64,000 nucleotides of DNA from Octopus sinensis. Its lineage: Eukaryota. The stretch spans positions 85,374,001 through 85,438,000 of the forward strand of contig NC_043001.1 in NCBI RefSeq assembly GCF_006345805.1. Reading direction: 5' to 3'. The translations under genes were made by a program, and so were the position numbers. Below the pieces are notes generated by a model. It made no database searches. It was not told where the DNA came from and saw only the letters and a program-made list of their open reading frames with translations. How positions within the stretch are numbered: the first letter of the stretch is position 1; each line of letters starts with the position of its first letter. Shown in pieces: positions 51,131 to 64,000 of this stretch.

Positions 51131-52599
51131 TCTATATAACGAAAACATGCCGACCGAGTGAAATTACTCTGCACTCCATGCAACCGTAGATCTACTCCCT
51201 TAAATCACAAGGAGTTTTCTTCGTAGTTCGTGGACCGTGTTACACAGCAAGAAATACTAAAACTGGGATAGTAAAATAAATGAAATAAATAAATAAATAA
51301 AGTAAATTAATAAATTGATCTCAGCTGATTTCGACGATGAGTATGCAGTTGTTTTATCAGCTGAACTACTACTTTATTAAATATTGTGCTCATTGTACAA
51401 GTAGGAGAGATGTGCACCCGTAATCTAATTCTCGATGCCAACAGCGTGACACCAATCGAAAATGACTTGTGGTTTATAATTGTAATCTGAGTGAGGGATA
51501 TTCACGAGGATTTTCCCGCAACCGAATTCAACTAGAAAGTCTTCAGTGTATTCCAGTCTATGTTAAATGTCACATAACTAAGATTCTACCTAGTGTGGTG
51601 GGATGCGAGATATCTTGATTGGTTGGTGAATATATAACCATCAATATATGCAGTTGTTACAATATATACAGTTGTAGATATGCTTCCATATGTATAACTG
51701 TATGCTCTCTAAAAGAATCTACAAATATTCCCTAGATTAGATTTCTACATTTACAGGAAAATATTATTCCGAACTAGCAAATATTAAAAACATTTTGGCA
51801 TTTTACTACGTCATATCACACCACGAGCAAGTATTAAAATATAGGATTATTGGAATAGCTAACTTTATATGTGACGCCAAACAATATTCCACTTAAATAG
51901 AAAAGTACAGGTCATTTATTAATCCTTTTCAATCCATAATCCTTTCCAATTTATCCTAAATTAGCCGCTAATGGGAATGGTAATTACATCGGTGGTTATA
52001 CAATATATTTTGAAGAATACATTATCCATAGTTCTCTTTGATAATGAATTAATTTAGATTAATATAAAAATCAGATATATTCCTTGTTTAATGTTAATAT
52101 TTCACGGGCCAATGAGATTAATTTTCGCATCATATAACATGGCATCAACACGCACACACACACACATACATATATACACACAGAGAAACACACTCATACA
52201 AGTGAGAGTGTGGTATCAGAAAGTACCAGGACTAGTTCTGTAGTACATCAACAGATGGCAGATTTGCTTTCCGACAGAAAATTGTGTACTTGTTGCACAC
52301 ACTCTTGAAATCATGCAATAGATTCTAAACAGCTTCTCACGCGCATCAAAGGGTTTTCGTCTGATCATCATCAGCAAGAAAACTGTGTTTGCCTATAAAC
52401 CCATTTGTGACCATGCTCCCGCCGTTGCCCCTACTGTATATGCTGATAGGAAAGCATTAAAACTGTTTCCTCCTTCACTTGTCTTGATGCAATTATGTCC
52501 AGTGTTGTTAAGATGAATAAAGAAATTGACCCCAGAATTGGGAAGGCTAGCACCACGTTCGCTAAGATATATCTCAGGTTTTGGGACAGCCCCCATATA

Positions 52600-53000
52600 T
52601 CGTTGAAGGTGAAAATTGATGTATAGAAGCCGTTGGTTTGTCATCATTGCTTTATGGCGCCGAATGTTGGAGTCTTTACCGAAAATACATCATCCAGTTT
52701 GATACTCTTTTTACGCCATTCTTGCGTATTATCTCCAACATAAAACCGAATGACCATATGAAGAACAGTGAGGTACTAACAAAATAAATACAACATATCA
52801 GGTATTGAAGCTATCATTATTACAATACAGCTTAGATAATCAGGTCATCTCTCACGTATGAGTGATATCAGAATTCCGAAGCAACTTCTCTTTGGCCAGT
52901 TACCAACAGGAAGGTCAGTTGGAAGGCCTCTTTTGCAGTTCAAAAGAAACTAAAAGTCAATCTGAAGCAATGCAAACATTCCCCTCCCCTTCTGAGAAAA
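52600..53000 (+). mobile_element. RTE-clade LINE 3' fragment in intron 4 of gene B
   Basis: SLLYGAECWSLYRK...NSEVL...QLR*SGHLSRMSDIRIPKQLLFGQL. Confidence 0.75.
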
Positions 53001-54542
53001 TAAAGCATCAGAACGCAGGACCTGGCTGCAGATCTACTTCTCAGTTCAAAGATTTGAGCAAAGTCGACTCCAACATCGGGACCAGTTCCGTGCAAGCAGG
53101 AAAGCACGGTGGCAAAATGCTACTCCTCTAAATATAAACCTTATCTGTCATTGTGGTTTTGTACCACGAAGCAACCTTGCCGTCCACTCAAGGAAACACA
53201 TAATAAATTATCTACAAACACTCGAGTCTTCAACTTGTTTAGTTTGCCAAAATTTTACTGAACACTGATTTGTCGTTCACAGCGAGAGAATCCATCATAA
53301 TATATATTATTGTTGTCGGTTTCGTGGCGTTGTTGTTCTTATACATGACAGATTTGTATATACGCCAAACCCTAGATACGACAGACTCGTACATATGACA
53401 GGATCTTGTACACTGATACACACACATACGCATGCACGTACACACATGTATATATGTACGTGTGTGTGTCTGTGTGAATCATAGTGTTTGTGTTTGTTCC
53501 CCACCATCTCTTGAGAACCAGTATCGACATATTTATGTTCCCATAAGTAAAAAGTTCAATAGAATAAATATTACACTTAAAATGATTACTGGTGCCAATT
53601 TTGTTCGTCTAAAAACTTTGAGTGGGTGTCAAAGCATGGTCGCAATGATTGAAGCAAGTAAAATAAATAGAAGAGAAAAGGATGTAGTCTAATACACATC
53701 CGAATATACCACAGGGGCATGTTTGAGATAATTCTCTAATAATTCTTAATCAGGGTTCACAATAACATGTTGGGGAATATAAATCTATTATGATTTATTA
53801 TGTTAAAATGTATATTTATTTGATGCAATTGTGTGGTATAGAGGCAGGCATGACATTTTGGAAAGAAACTTTCTTCTCAACAATATAGTTCCGGTTCAGT
53901 ACCATTGCGTGACACCTTGGGCATATGTCTTCAGATATAGCACCGGGGTGACTAAACTCTTGTAGGTGGATTTTATTGTGGCAAGCCAAAAGTAATACCT
54001 CGCGCGTACGCGCACGTGTATTGCGTGTATGTCATTGGTTTTCTCCCTCACCATAACTTGATAATCGGGTTCTATCAAGGTGGTGTCCCTAAAAAGGTGC
54101 AGTTCATTGATTGAAACATGCAAAAGAATACAATTTCACGTAGTATTTTACAAACTATGTATATCAGTATTTAACATCATTCTGGTGTCACTGGGGACTC
54201 TTGACGTCAAGAATAATGAATCATAACTTGGAACTTCCACGCGTAATATATTATTACTGGAGAGTGTTTAAGTCGAACTCAATGTGATAATTTGAATTGA
54301 ATTTCATAAGCTTTAAGATAATTCAATATATCGATGTGAAATAAAGATATATAAGTAATGTTCGTCTAAGATTATTTTCGTGTTATAATTAACAAAACCA
54401 TAATACGGTTATAATTAACAAAACCATCATGTCGGTTAGCGGGTCTAAGACTTGATCTAATATTTTGTTACGTATTTGAAAAGATGTTTTTAATTCATGA
54501 TGCTGTCACAGTTATGCATATATATATCTTAGTTAGATCGAT

Positions 54543-54655
<113 letters not shown>

Positions 54656-54694
54656 CATGAAGATATATATAAATAATAAATGCGCTCTTTTTTT

Positions 54695-54908
54695 TAAAGG
54701 CTCATGAGCCCGGTTTCCCGGTTTCAATGCCGTATGCGTTCTCCAGTTGAACAGGACGCCAGTGCATCGCAGCATTACTCATTATTGCCAGCTGAGCGGA
54801 CTGGAACAACGTGAAATGAAGTGTTTTGCTCAAGAACACAACGCGTCGCCCGGTCCATGAATCGAAACCACAATCTTACGATCACGATGCTGAGCCACGC
54901 GCCTCCAC
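54695..54908 (-). mobile_element. tRNA-derived SINE (family 2-related)
   Basis: Shares aacgtgaaatgaagtgttttgctcaagaacacaacgc and the tRNA-like head. Confidence 0.75.
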
Positions 54909-55102
54909 ATAGATATAGATATACAATATAGATAACACACACACACTCACACACACAAACACGCACACACACACATACACACACACACATATATATAGAT
55001 AGATAGATAGCAAATATATATATATACATACATTGGTATACGCATCCACTTTTGCACACATACGCAACTTGCACTCATAAAGCGAAAAGGACAGAGAGAA
55101 AC

Positions 55103-55104
<2 letters not shown>

Positions 55105-55178
<74 letters not shown>
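55105..55178. repeat. (GA)n microsatellite
   Basis: Direct reading. Confidence 0.95.
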
Positions 55179-55181
<3 letters not shown>

Positions 55182-55677
55182 ATATATCATGAAGCTGTGT
55201 AGATTTGATAATTAAACTAAAGAGAAATTAATGCTCAACTCCCTTCCAATTTCTGAAACAAATTAAGTTAATGGCTCTTCATGCAAGTATACCTTTCTCG
55301 TGTTTAAAAAGCTTTCCTATTTTGCTGCCATTTAAATTACTTAAGTTATTAAGTATATTTTGAAACCTATTAACTTCATAAACATATAGATCCTTTTATC
55401 ATAAACACTTCGAAAGTATTTATTACTCGTTTGCCTGTTAGCTGCCAAAATGTGCAAAGTGATATTTGGAAGGCACATATATATATTTTCCCGATTTTCG
55501 CTGCGATTGGGAGCATCGATTTTTTGTTAATTGATTAAGCTATGCGTCCTGTAGAAACGCTAGAATCGTCAAATAGCCGCAATTCTCTGTTACGTATTAG
55601 TATTATGATAATGTCAACGGTCAATACAAAAGCTTTATGTCTGTAAAAGACAAATATTTGAAAGTATTATTACTCAC

Positions 55678-55707
55678 TGAACCGTCCATTTCTTTGGATC
55701 TTTGGAA
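55678..55707 (-). CDS. S-crystallin gene B, exon 4 (30-bp microexon encoding the central loop insert)
   Basis: Strong acceptor tttctcttttcag| and donor |gtgagt; phase 0/0; FQRSKEMDGS bridges ...GRMM and SEQRMR... as in known S-crystallins. Confidence 0.9.
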
Positions 55708-57010
55708 CTGAAAAGAGAAATTATATACTATTATATAAACAATCAGCTTCGTATATCGTTTGCTATATATGAGTGAGCGCGTGTTTAAGTGTCTAAGTGT
55801 GTATGTTATTGCGTGTGTGTTTTGTGAAGTGTATGTGTGTGTGTGTGTGTGTGTGTGTCTGTGTGTGTGTGCATGTGTGTGCGTGTGTAACGGTTTTAGC
55901 TTCATTTTATCTCATGATTTCATGAGCGCTTGTAATGCACCTAATATATGTAAGTTTAAAAGAAATGAATACAATATAAATAAAACTCACGATTTGACAC
56001 AAAAAGACAAATATACATTATTTACTAAGGCGAAATTTACAACACTAAATTTGGTGAGATGAAGAAATATATTTCGATTGAGTGAAATAATAATAGTAAT
56101 ATAATGAAAACAATCATTTACTTTAAACAAAATTGATCTCCGAACGCTTGCATCCAAATGGAAGGCACTGAAGATAACCAATAGCTACAAGGCCTATATA
56201 GGAAATATAAACATAGTGAAAGATTAAATCCAACTTCCATGAATACAGTCCTTTATCAAGAGTTCAGTCTTATGGACTCGCTTGACATTTTCTCGGGATC
56301 CCAACGGGTTCAGGGACCCAATTCTGATTTATGTGTCTTGCTCTTATAGATGAATTCTATAGGGACCAAAAATCATTGATTTGCCAGAGTGGCTCATAAT
56401 GCTGCCAAGACGGCCATGTTTATAGCGCATAATTTTGCACAGTTTCTCTTACTGAGCTATGATCGATCTAAATCTATAGTATTCGTTCAATATGCATACA
56501 TTGGGAAGAAATGTAAAGCATTTAACTGAAAATCGTATCCTTCCAACATAAGATAATATCTGTGTCATTTAATATTGTGACACTTTTGTGTGACAGTATA
56601 TGTATTCGTCTGTACAGTTTTCTGCTGATCCTTTAGGAGATAACACATACAGTTAGCCTCAAAATATTGCTTGTAGATCTCTCACCAGAAATTATCTAAC
56701 AGGCTTACCAAATTATATATGTTTACTTACTTTCCAAATAGGTTGTGCTCAATGATAAAAAGATATAAAGAAGAGGAATAGAAATAAACAAGAGCAAATT
56801 CATATTTGCAGCAGAAGTCATAATCATATCTGAATATACAGACACATACATATAGATAAGCAGAAACAAAGAGAGATACGTTAATACATATATACATGAG
56901 TGTGAATGTAAATACATTTAAAAAAAAAAAAATATATATATATATATATACATACATAGACACACACATATATATATTTAAGCACACACACACACACACA
57001 TACTCACACA

Positions 57011-57052
<42 letters not shown>

Positions 57053-57218
57053 ATATATATATTAATGCATGCACACATATATATATATATGTACGCAGAC
57101 ATAAATTCACAGAGAGATATACACACAAAAACACAAATGTATCGATTTTTGTATTATAACATTACGCTTTATATCACGCATGAGATAATATATATGGAAA
57201 TAATATATTTTCTCTTAT

Positions 57219-57261
<43 letters not shown>

Positions 57262-59238
57262 CTAATACATATATACTTAGTTATATAGATGTAAATATAT
57301 ATGCATATATGTGTGTGTATATATATATGTATATGTGTGTATGTATGAACATATACGTGGATGGATATATTTGAATATCTGCGTGTATATATATATATAT
57401 ATATATAACACATGACACAGAGACAAGCTGATATATTTATAGCCCTTTATACACTCCGTTATTCTTCTCACATGACACCATATTGTCAATGTTCATCTAA
57501 GTGCAATATGCCTTTATGTGGCAACCAAAGAAATTATTTCAGCTTTTATTGCTCTCTAAGGAAATGTTTATTTTTCATATTTTATTACATTACGCCGATA
57601 CAGAGCCATTTTGTGAGTATTTTTGTACATTTTTTTTGTTTTAGTCTTTTCTTTCAACCTTTATATTTGTTGATAGATTTTTGCGTTGTTGTTTATGAGG
57701 GGACAGTTATTTTCGTTGCATTTGTACATTTAATTTTTTTTTCTTTTTACTTTTATATGTGTGTTTGTAATTTTCGTCTGTTTTGTTTCCGAATTATGTT
57801 TGTCTAATCAAGTGAACTTATCTATGTGAATTTGGATTGCAAAGCAGTAAAGCGGTAAGAGCGGCAGTCGTCATGTTGAACTCTCACAGACGTTCAAATA
57901 ATATAGAGTTTGATAACATCCAACTGGTGACAGAAATCTATGAAAATAATAGCACAAAATATTAGTGCATAAAATGGATGTTTAGCAGCGCCAACCGGAA
58001 TAAATATTATGGTTTAGGAACCCGTATCAAGTCACATGTAGATAGCTGGAGTTTTTACTCTAAGTATGTGCACCATAACGGACGTTTCTTCATATCCGAT
58101 GCAAGGTTAAGATTTGGCTCGAAAACTGCCAGTTATTTTAACGCTTCGTATTGATAAAATGATACTCTACCCGCAGTCCAAGTAAGCTCTCCTTTCAAAT
58201 TGTACTGGTTTGTTTATAGTTTGGATAAATAGAGTTTCAATAATTGAGAGATCGCACGTGAGAAAAATGCTTCGAAATCACGTGGTTCCAAGGGCAATAA
58301 CAATTCATACCATTTCTCGTACGTGGTTTTTAACTGCTTCTGATTTTATTTCTAGTCGAGCAATACGGAGTGACTGCATTTTGATAGACAATTCTATGCT
58401 AAAACGCATCGTTCATGCATAAGTATATGCATACAGGCACATATTCATACACATATACATACACACACATGGTTATGTGTGCACACGCGCGTGCGTGTGT
58501 GCGCTTGCTTGCGTGTGTGTGCGTATGTGTGTGTATGTGCGTGCGTGTGTGTGTGTGTGTGTGTGCGTGTGTGTGTTCGAGCGTGTGACATCGAGAAACT
58601 GGAGTTTCTGATAACATGCCGATGGCAGTCAGAAGGTTGACTTCGAAGACGCTCTAACACAACTTCTAAAATGTATGTATGTATGTGTGTATATACATAT
58701 ATATATATCTTTCTTTCTCTCTGTATCTCTGTCTCTCTATATATAGTATACCCGGGTTCACTCAGAATGCATATGTTGACTAAGACTGGTACAAATGTTA
58801 CAAATGTACACATACCGAAGGTGCCACGAAATGAGGACTTTGTCGTTTGTGAATGAAAGTTGTAAAACTTTCGGCCAAGCTTCACCTATACGACATACTT
58901 CACTTTCTATATAGTACGGTTTCCACTGCTACACAGCACACACACATCTACTACACAGTAAAATACAGTTACTACATAATCGTTTCTAATACCGGCATAA
59001 GACGTGAAATTTTGGGAGATGGAAGAAATAGGTTGCATTGATCCTAATGGTACTTATTTTATCGACCCCAAGTCGACCTTGCTGGAATTTGCACTCATAA
59101 TCTAAATCCTGAAGAAATGACGTGAAACGTCTAGTGCAGCGCAATAACGATTTTACCAGATCGCTACCTCTACATAATACGAATAAACCCGCAATGCATT
59201 TATGTAGTATTTACACCCCCCACACACACACACATATA

Positions 59239-59284
<46 letters not shown>

Positions 59285-59288
<4 letters not shown>

Positions 59289-59784
59289 GTTGTCGGGAAA
59301 GTTCATGCCGATTTATAGTAGCTTACATTTCCACTTATTTTAGGTCGTGGTTGTGTCCATAAAATAGGATTTGACTACACCTCCATTTAGAGCACAATTT
59401 AAGCTATCTTTTCGTGGAAGAAGGTTTATGTTCCTATAACCTGTGTTAATTCTGTAATCGTTTAAAATGGAAAATAAGAAAATTCATTTTCGGCACTTGA
59501 TGCTTTTCATTTCCGTAAAGGAAGGTCTTCGGATTTCCACTTATTCTGGTCTCTACAGAATAGTGTTAATGGTAAAAATTTCAATTCCTTGGATGACGTA
59601 AAAAGATAATTTGATTAATTCTTTGCCATGAAACTACCTCAATTCTGAGAAGAGAGCATTTTCAAGTTAAAGGAACGACGGAGACGCATTGTGTAAAATA
59701 TGGCTCATATTTGGTTGATTAAAAACGTAATGGCAAGCATTAATTGACCTTTTTCTTTCCGGCACGCACTTTCCGGACACCAAA
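59285..59784 (+). mobile_element. Internally deleted mariner (MITE-like)
   Basis: ttgggttgtcgggaaagttcatgccg versus cggcacgcactttccggacaccaa TIRs; MENKKIHFRHLML start fused to SDFHLFWSLQN C-terminal relic. Confidence 0.75.
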
Positions 59785-59876
59785 CCTCAACCGTGCATTT
59801 TCTGTTGTGATTTTCGCTACCCAGGTGTCGGTTATCATTTGAATAATCCGTAATAAGATAATTCATTTATCTACTT

Positions 59877-59918
<42 letters not shown>

Positions 59919-60786
59919 AAGTGTACACGCAGAGAACCTTCTCCTGCGTAATTTTCCCTGAAGAAAAACTATCGAGCTTGTAACTGCACCAAACTGGAAT
60001 ATAAATTACGTCATTGGACTGATAAATTAATGTTTCGTATGGTAACGTTATTCATAGCCTGACTTGGTGTGTTTTCATGAAAATTGTAGATATGGCGAAT
60101 TGCTCCGAGAGAGTTACCGTAGCGAAATTCCTTCATCTATGCATGTATATAAGCGTCTGAAATACAATGTATACAGTTTTATTGTATTCTAGAAAACAGC
60201 GCATTTCTTCAGGTATGGAGACACAGATCGACATATATATATATATATAAACAAAACACGGAGACAAGTGAACGAGCCATAAACAAGAATATTAGTTTAA
60301 CGCTCGGAAGAATGGAGACGTCTTTGACGTTCCGAGCCTACGTTCTTTGCCCAAAAAGAATTGAGAGAAAAAAAAAAACTGGACAGAAAAATGAACATTT
60401 ATAAATTTTGAGAGAATGTGAATAATTCTCTTTGGAACGATGGAACTTGAAGCAGGTAAATCTATAAATAATTGTGTATTAATACTATGTCAATAGCACA
60501 CAGTTCTCTCTGGTAAGAGAAAAATCTCTGAAATGAATGAATTCGTTCAAAGGACTACATTGGTCCAGCTTCAGAGCGCTTGTCATACTTACAGATGCAG
60601 CTGTGAATCCTACGGGCAAACTTCCACCTTTTCTATCCAGAGGGATTTTTAACCCAATATTTACAAGTCAATAGTTAAAACTTTATCTGCTTCGAGATCT
60701 ACCGCCCCAAAACAAATTGTTCACGCACACACACACACTCACATATGCACATACATACATTTATGTTTATATCCAGGACTACTCAC

Positions 60787-60902
60787 CATCATTCTTCCAT
60801 CTTTGTCATGATACATCCTCAAATAGTCATCCAAGATGTCATAGAAGCAATCTGAGATGAAGTCAACTCTGGCCATTTCTACGTTGCTCCTTCCATAGAA
60901 AC
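60787..60902 (-). CDS. S-crystallin gene B, exon 3
   Basis: tctaatag| ... |gtgagt; 116 bp, same length and phases as gene A exon 3; (G)[38 protein letters not shown]. Confidence 0.96.
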
Positions 60903-61041
60903 CTATTAGAAAAGATAAGACAAACACGAAATTATATATATATATAATTTATTATAAAAGTTGTTTTTATGAATACTTGGTATTCGAGTACTATTTCTCC
61001 CATATTGTTTTGCATTTATGTACCTACCTTTGTATATATAT

Positions 61042-61119
<78 letters not shown>

Positions 61120-61330
61120 TATGGAGTTCACAGATGTGTGACGAAAGATTTCTGGACAATGAACATGAGTTAAAAAAGAATATTGATAAATGAGTGAAGA
61201 ACGAATATATAATGTGTGTTTGTCAAAACAAAAAAATTGACCAACCCGAATAACAACAATATACGTGTGTATGTATGTATGTGTGTGTGTGTGTGTATGA
61301 GTGTGTGTGTGTATGTGTGTGTAAAGGTAC

Positions 61331-61644
61331 AGACCCTTTTCAGTCAAGACTAACCATGGGATTGCGCCTTGAAAGTATGGGCAAGTTTCTTTCTGAAAGT
61401 TCAACGGTCGCCCATGCATAACAGTTTCTCCTCTTGGCGTCACCGATACTGTCTAAAGGGAAGGGGAAGACGGATACAAGTTGGCACCAGTGACGTTACA
61501 ACTTATTTCTAGTACTGAGTGGACTGTAGCAACGTGAAATATAGTGTCATGCTCAAGAACACAGCAAGCAACCCACTCCGGGAATCGGATGTACAGCCTG
61601 GTGATTGTAAGCTTGACGCTCTAACCACCGAGCAAGCACCTTCA
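61331..61644 (-). mobile_element. tRNA-derived SINE (family 2)
   Basis: Colinear with 17600-17928. Confidence 0.8.
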
Positions 61645-61681
61645 TACATACATACGTACAAACACACACAAAGCTAGCTAG

Positions 61682-61740
<59 letters not shown>

Positions 61741-61745
<5 letters not shown>

Positions 61746-63375
61746 GCGGCCAAAATGTTCAGAACGGCATTGTTTTCGTCAGAAAAGTAGATATAATTTT
61801 TTTATCAAAGTAGTTTTATATTCTATAATTTTCACAGACAATAAATACAATATTAATTGTTATTGTCTGAGATTTTCTTGTAATTTAAGAGGATAATGCA
61901 AATGTTATGGATGATTTAGTGATTTACTGCAAAACCCATGGCGGCCAAAATTATCAGAACGGTTGAAAAAATGACAAAATAATCAAAAATGATAGAGAAT
62001 ACTGGAATTATTTAACATTTAGTGTGAAGCCCTTTAGCTTCAATCACACTCTAACATCTTTGACTGCATGAGGAAATTAAATTTTCAATTTCTTGTTGGG
62101 TGATCTTATTCCATTCTTCCTGAAGGGCATTCCATAATTGCTCAGTTGTTTTAGGATTTCTGGCTTTCGAACGTTCTCCTGGAATATTCCATACATTTTC
62201 AATAGGATTGAAATCTGGGCTTTGAGCAGGCCAATCCATAACAATAACCTTTTCAACCTTAAGGAAGTTCATGACCACCTTAGCCTTGTGACATGGGGCA
62301 TTGTCGCTTAATTGAATTTCATGGGTGGTCGCTTAATTGAATTTCTCAGCACAGGCAAGACATGATCTTTTACAAGTTGTTTATAAACTCCTGCATTTAC
62401 CTTTCCATGTAATCGCACCAAAGGGCCCACACCATCTCCAGATATCAACCCCCAAACCATGACACTTCCTCCACCGAATTTAACACCAGTCTTAAAGCAT
62501 TTAGGCGACAATTTTTCACCTACTTTTCTACGAACGTACATTTTCCCATCTGAGCCAAATAACATAAACTTAGATTCATCACTGAAATGCACCGTTTGCC
62601 ATTTTTCTTGAGACCACAACACATGTTTGGTTGCAAAGGTAAGACGACACTTTTTATTCTTGGAGCTGATCAGTGGCTTCACTGCAGGTGCTCTTGCTTG
62701 TAGGTCATGTTCAACTAAACGACGAGACACAGTTTTTCAAGATAAAGTTTTCTTCAATACAATGCTCATTTTCCGAGAAACAGCAGCAGCAGTTTTAAAT
62801 CTGTCCTTTTTAACCAACTTTACCATAGCACGATCTTCTCTCTTGGTCGTTTTTCTTGGCCTACCTATGAACTTTCTTACTTCACACGAACCACAATCAT
62901 AGTAGACCTTAAGAATACCGTGTACAACACTTTTTGAATTGTTAACAATCTTTGCAATAGATCCAATACTTAAATTATCCTTCTTTCGAAGCTTAATAAT
63001 CTGCTGACGAATTGGTAACGGAGTAAGTGGCATTATATTAACAAAGTACACTGCAAATATTCTTTCTAATGTTTAGTAAACGAACCGTCACGTAAACAAA
63101 TTCAAAACATTAGAGTTCGCCGGTTAAATATACTAAAACACGGAGTAAAAGCAACCGTTCTGTTCATTATGGCCGCCATGGGTTTTGCAGTAAATCACTA
63201 AATCATTCATAACTTTTGTAGTATCCTCTCAAATTACACCAAAATCTCAGGCAATAACAAATAATATTGTATATATTGTCTGTGAAAATTATAGAATATA
63301 AAACAACTTTTCTAAAAAAGTATATCTACTTTTCTGACGAAAACAATGCCGTTCTGAACATTTTGGCCGCCACTG
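61741..63375 (-). mobile_element. Tc1-family DNA transposon, IR/DR type, full length, in intron 2 of gene B
   Basis: ~223-bp TIRs (61741-61964 and 63152-63375), right end cactg|TA, left end in (TA)n; outer and inner direct repeats gcggccaaaat..tcagaacgg. Confidence 0.93.
62012..63033 (-). pseudogene. Tc1 transposase (DD34E), disrupted
   Basis: HTH plus GRPRKT, FSDESKF, DNAPCH, WPAQSPDFNPIENVW with 34 residues between second D and E; frameshift ~62735, duplication 62303-62345, premature TAG at 62051. Confidence 0.92.
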
Positions 63376-64000
63376 TATATATCAAAGCGATGTGTTATAA
63401 TACTATTACACATATAAAAAAGCAGCCATACCAACAATCCAACATACCTCCATCACACGGATATCATTATTGCTTCGACACCCGGGCAGTACCACTAAAA
63501 TAATTGTTCTTTGGGGTCAAACATGCATATGCTATTGTATAGAGTTCATGCATTATTACACTTTTATTATTATATTTAACAATAGTGACTCAGGAACGCA
63601 TGACTTTTATCACACTGGCTTTAAATCTGGCGGCTTGTTTCATAAGTTATAGTTATTTTGTAACATTCTGTTGATGAAAAATATTTCTATAAAAATATCT
63701 GTGCATATGAATAAGTTCAAGTTCTCGTGTTTGTTCTAATAAACCTGCATTAAATATCACAATTATGTGTCTTTTTTTTTAAATATATAAAATCTATGTA
63801 AATACTACGTAATGAATCAGTATTTATATTGGAGTTTTATAGAAGTTAAATTACACTAATGTTAATATGGAGTCAACATATTTATCGACTTTATATGGGG
63901 TATGTATTGCATTTACCTAATAAAATCGCGTTTAAATTGAAATTATGTATGATATATTAAACTCGAGTATTAAAATTATATTTCTTAAATAATAATGATA

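Noticed and set aside
60295-60355. Hammerhead-like relic (aaagaacgtaggctcggaacgtc on the minus strand)
   Set aside because: Both core boxes are mutated; cannot be supported from this copy alone.

Overview
AT-rich, microsatellite-dense animal DNA, almost certainly an octopus (coleoid cephalopod) genome. The window holds parts of two tandem, minus-strand S-crystallin genes (lens proteins derived from sigma-class GST): exons 1-3 of gene A (14632->3960, rest off the left edge) and exons 3-6 of gene B (60902->48561, exons 1-2 off the right edge). All exons were reconstructed by hand with consistent GT-AG sites and phases. The introns and the ~34 kb spacer are full of transposons: a near-complete Penelope-like element (RT plus GIY-YIG, direct and inverted pseudo-LTRs), a decayed R4/Dong-type LINE abutting a (TAA)n tract, an IR/DR-type Tc1 (DD34E), mariner, maT-like and piggyBac relics, RTE fragments and many tRNA-derived SINEs. 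The main signal invisible to the ORF track is a set of minimal type-I hammerhead ribozyme motifs: three in the Penelope pLTRs and several more, of different sequence, in short non-coding inserts next to (TA)n tracts. Most short ORFs in the track are translations of simple repeats. No searches were run; family names come from motif recognition.
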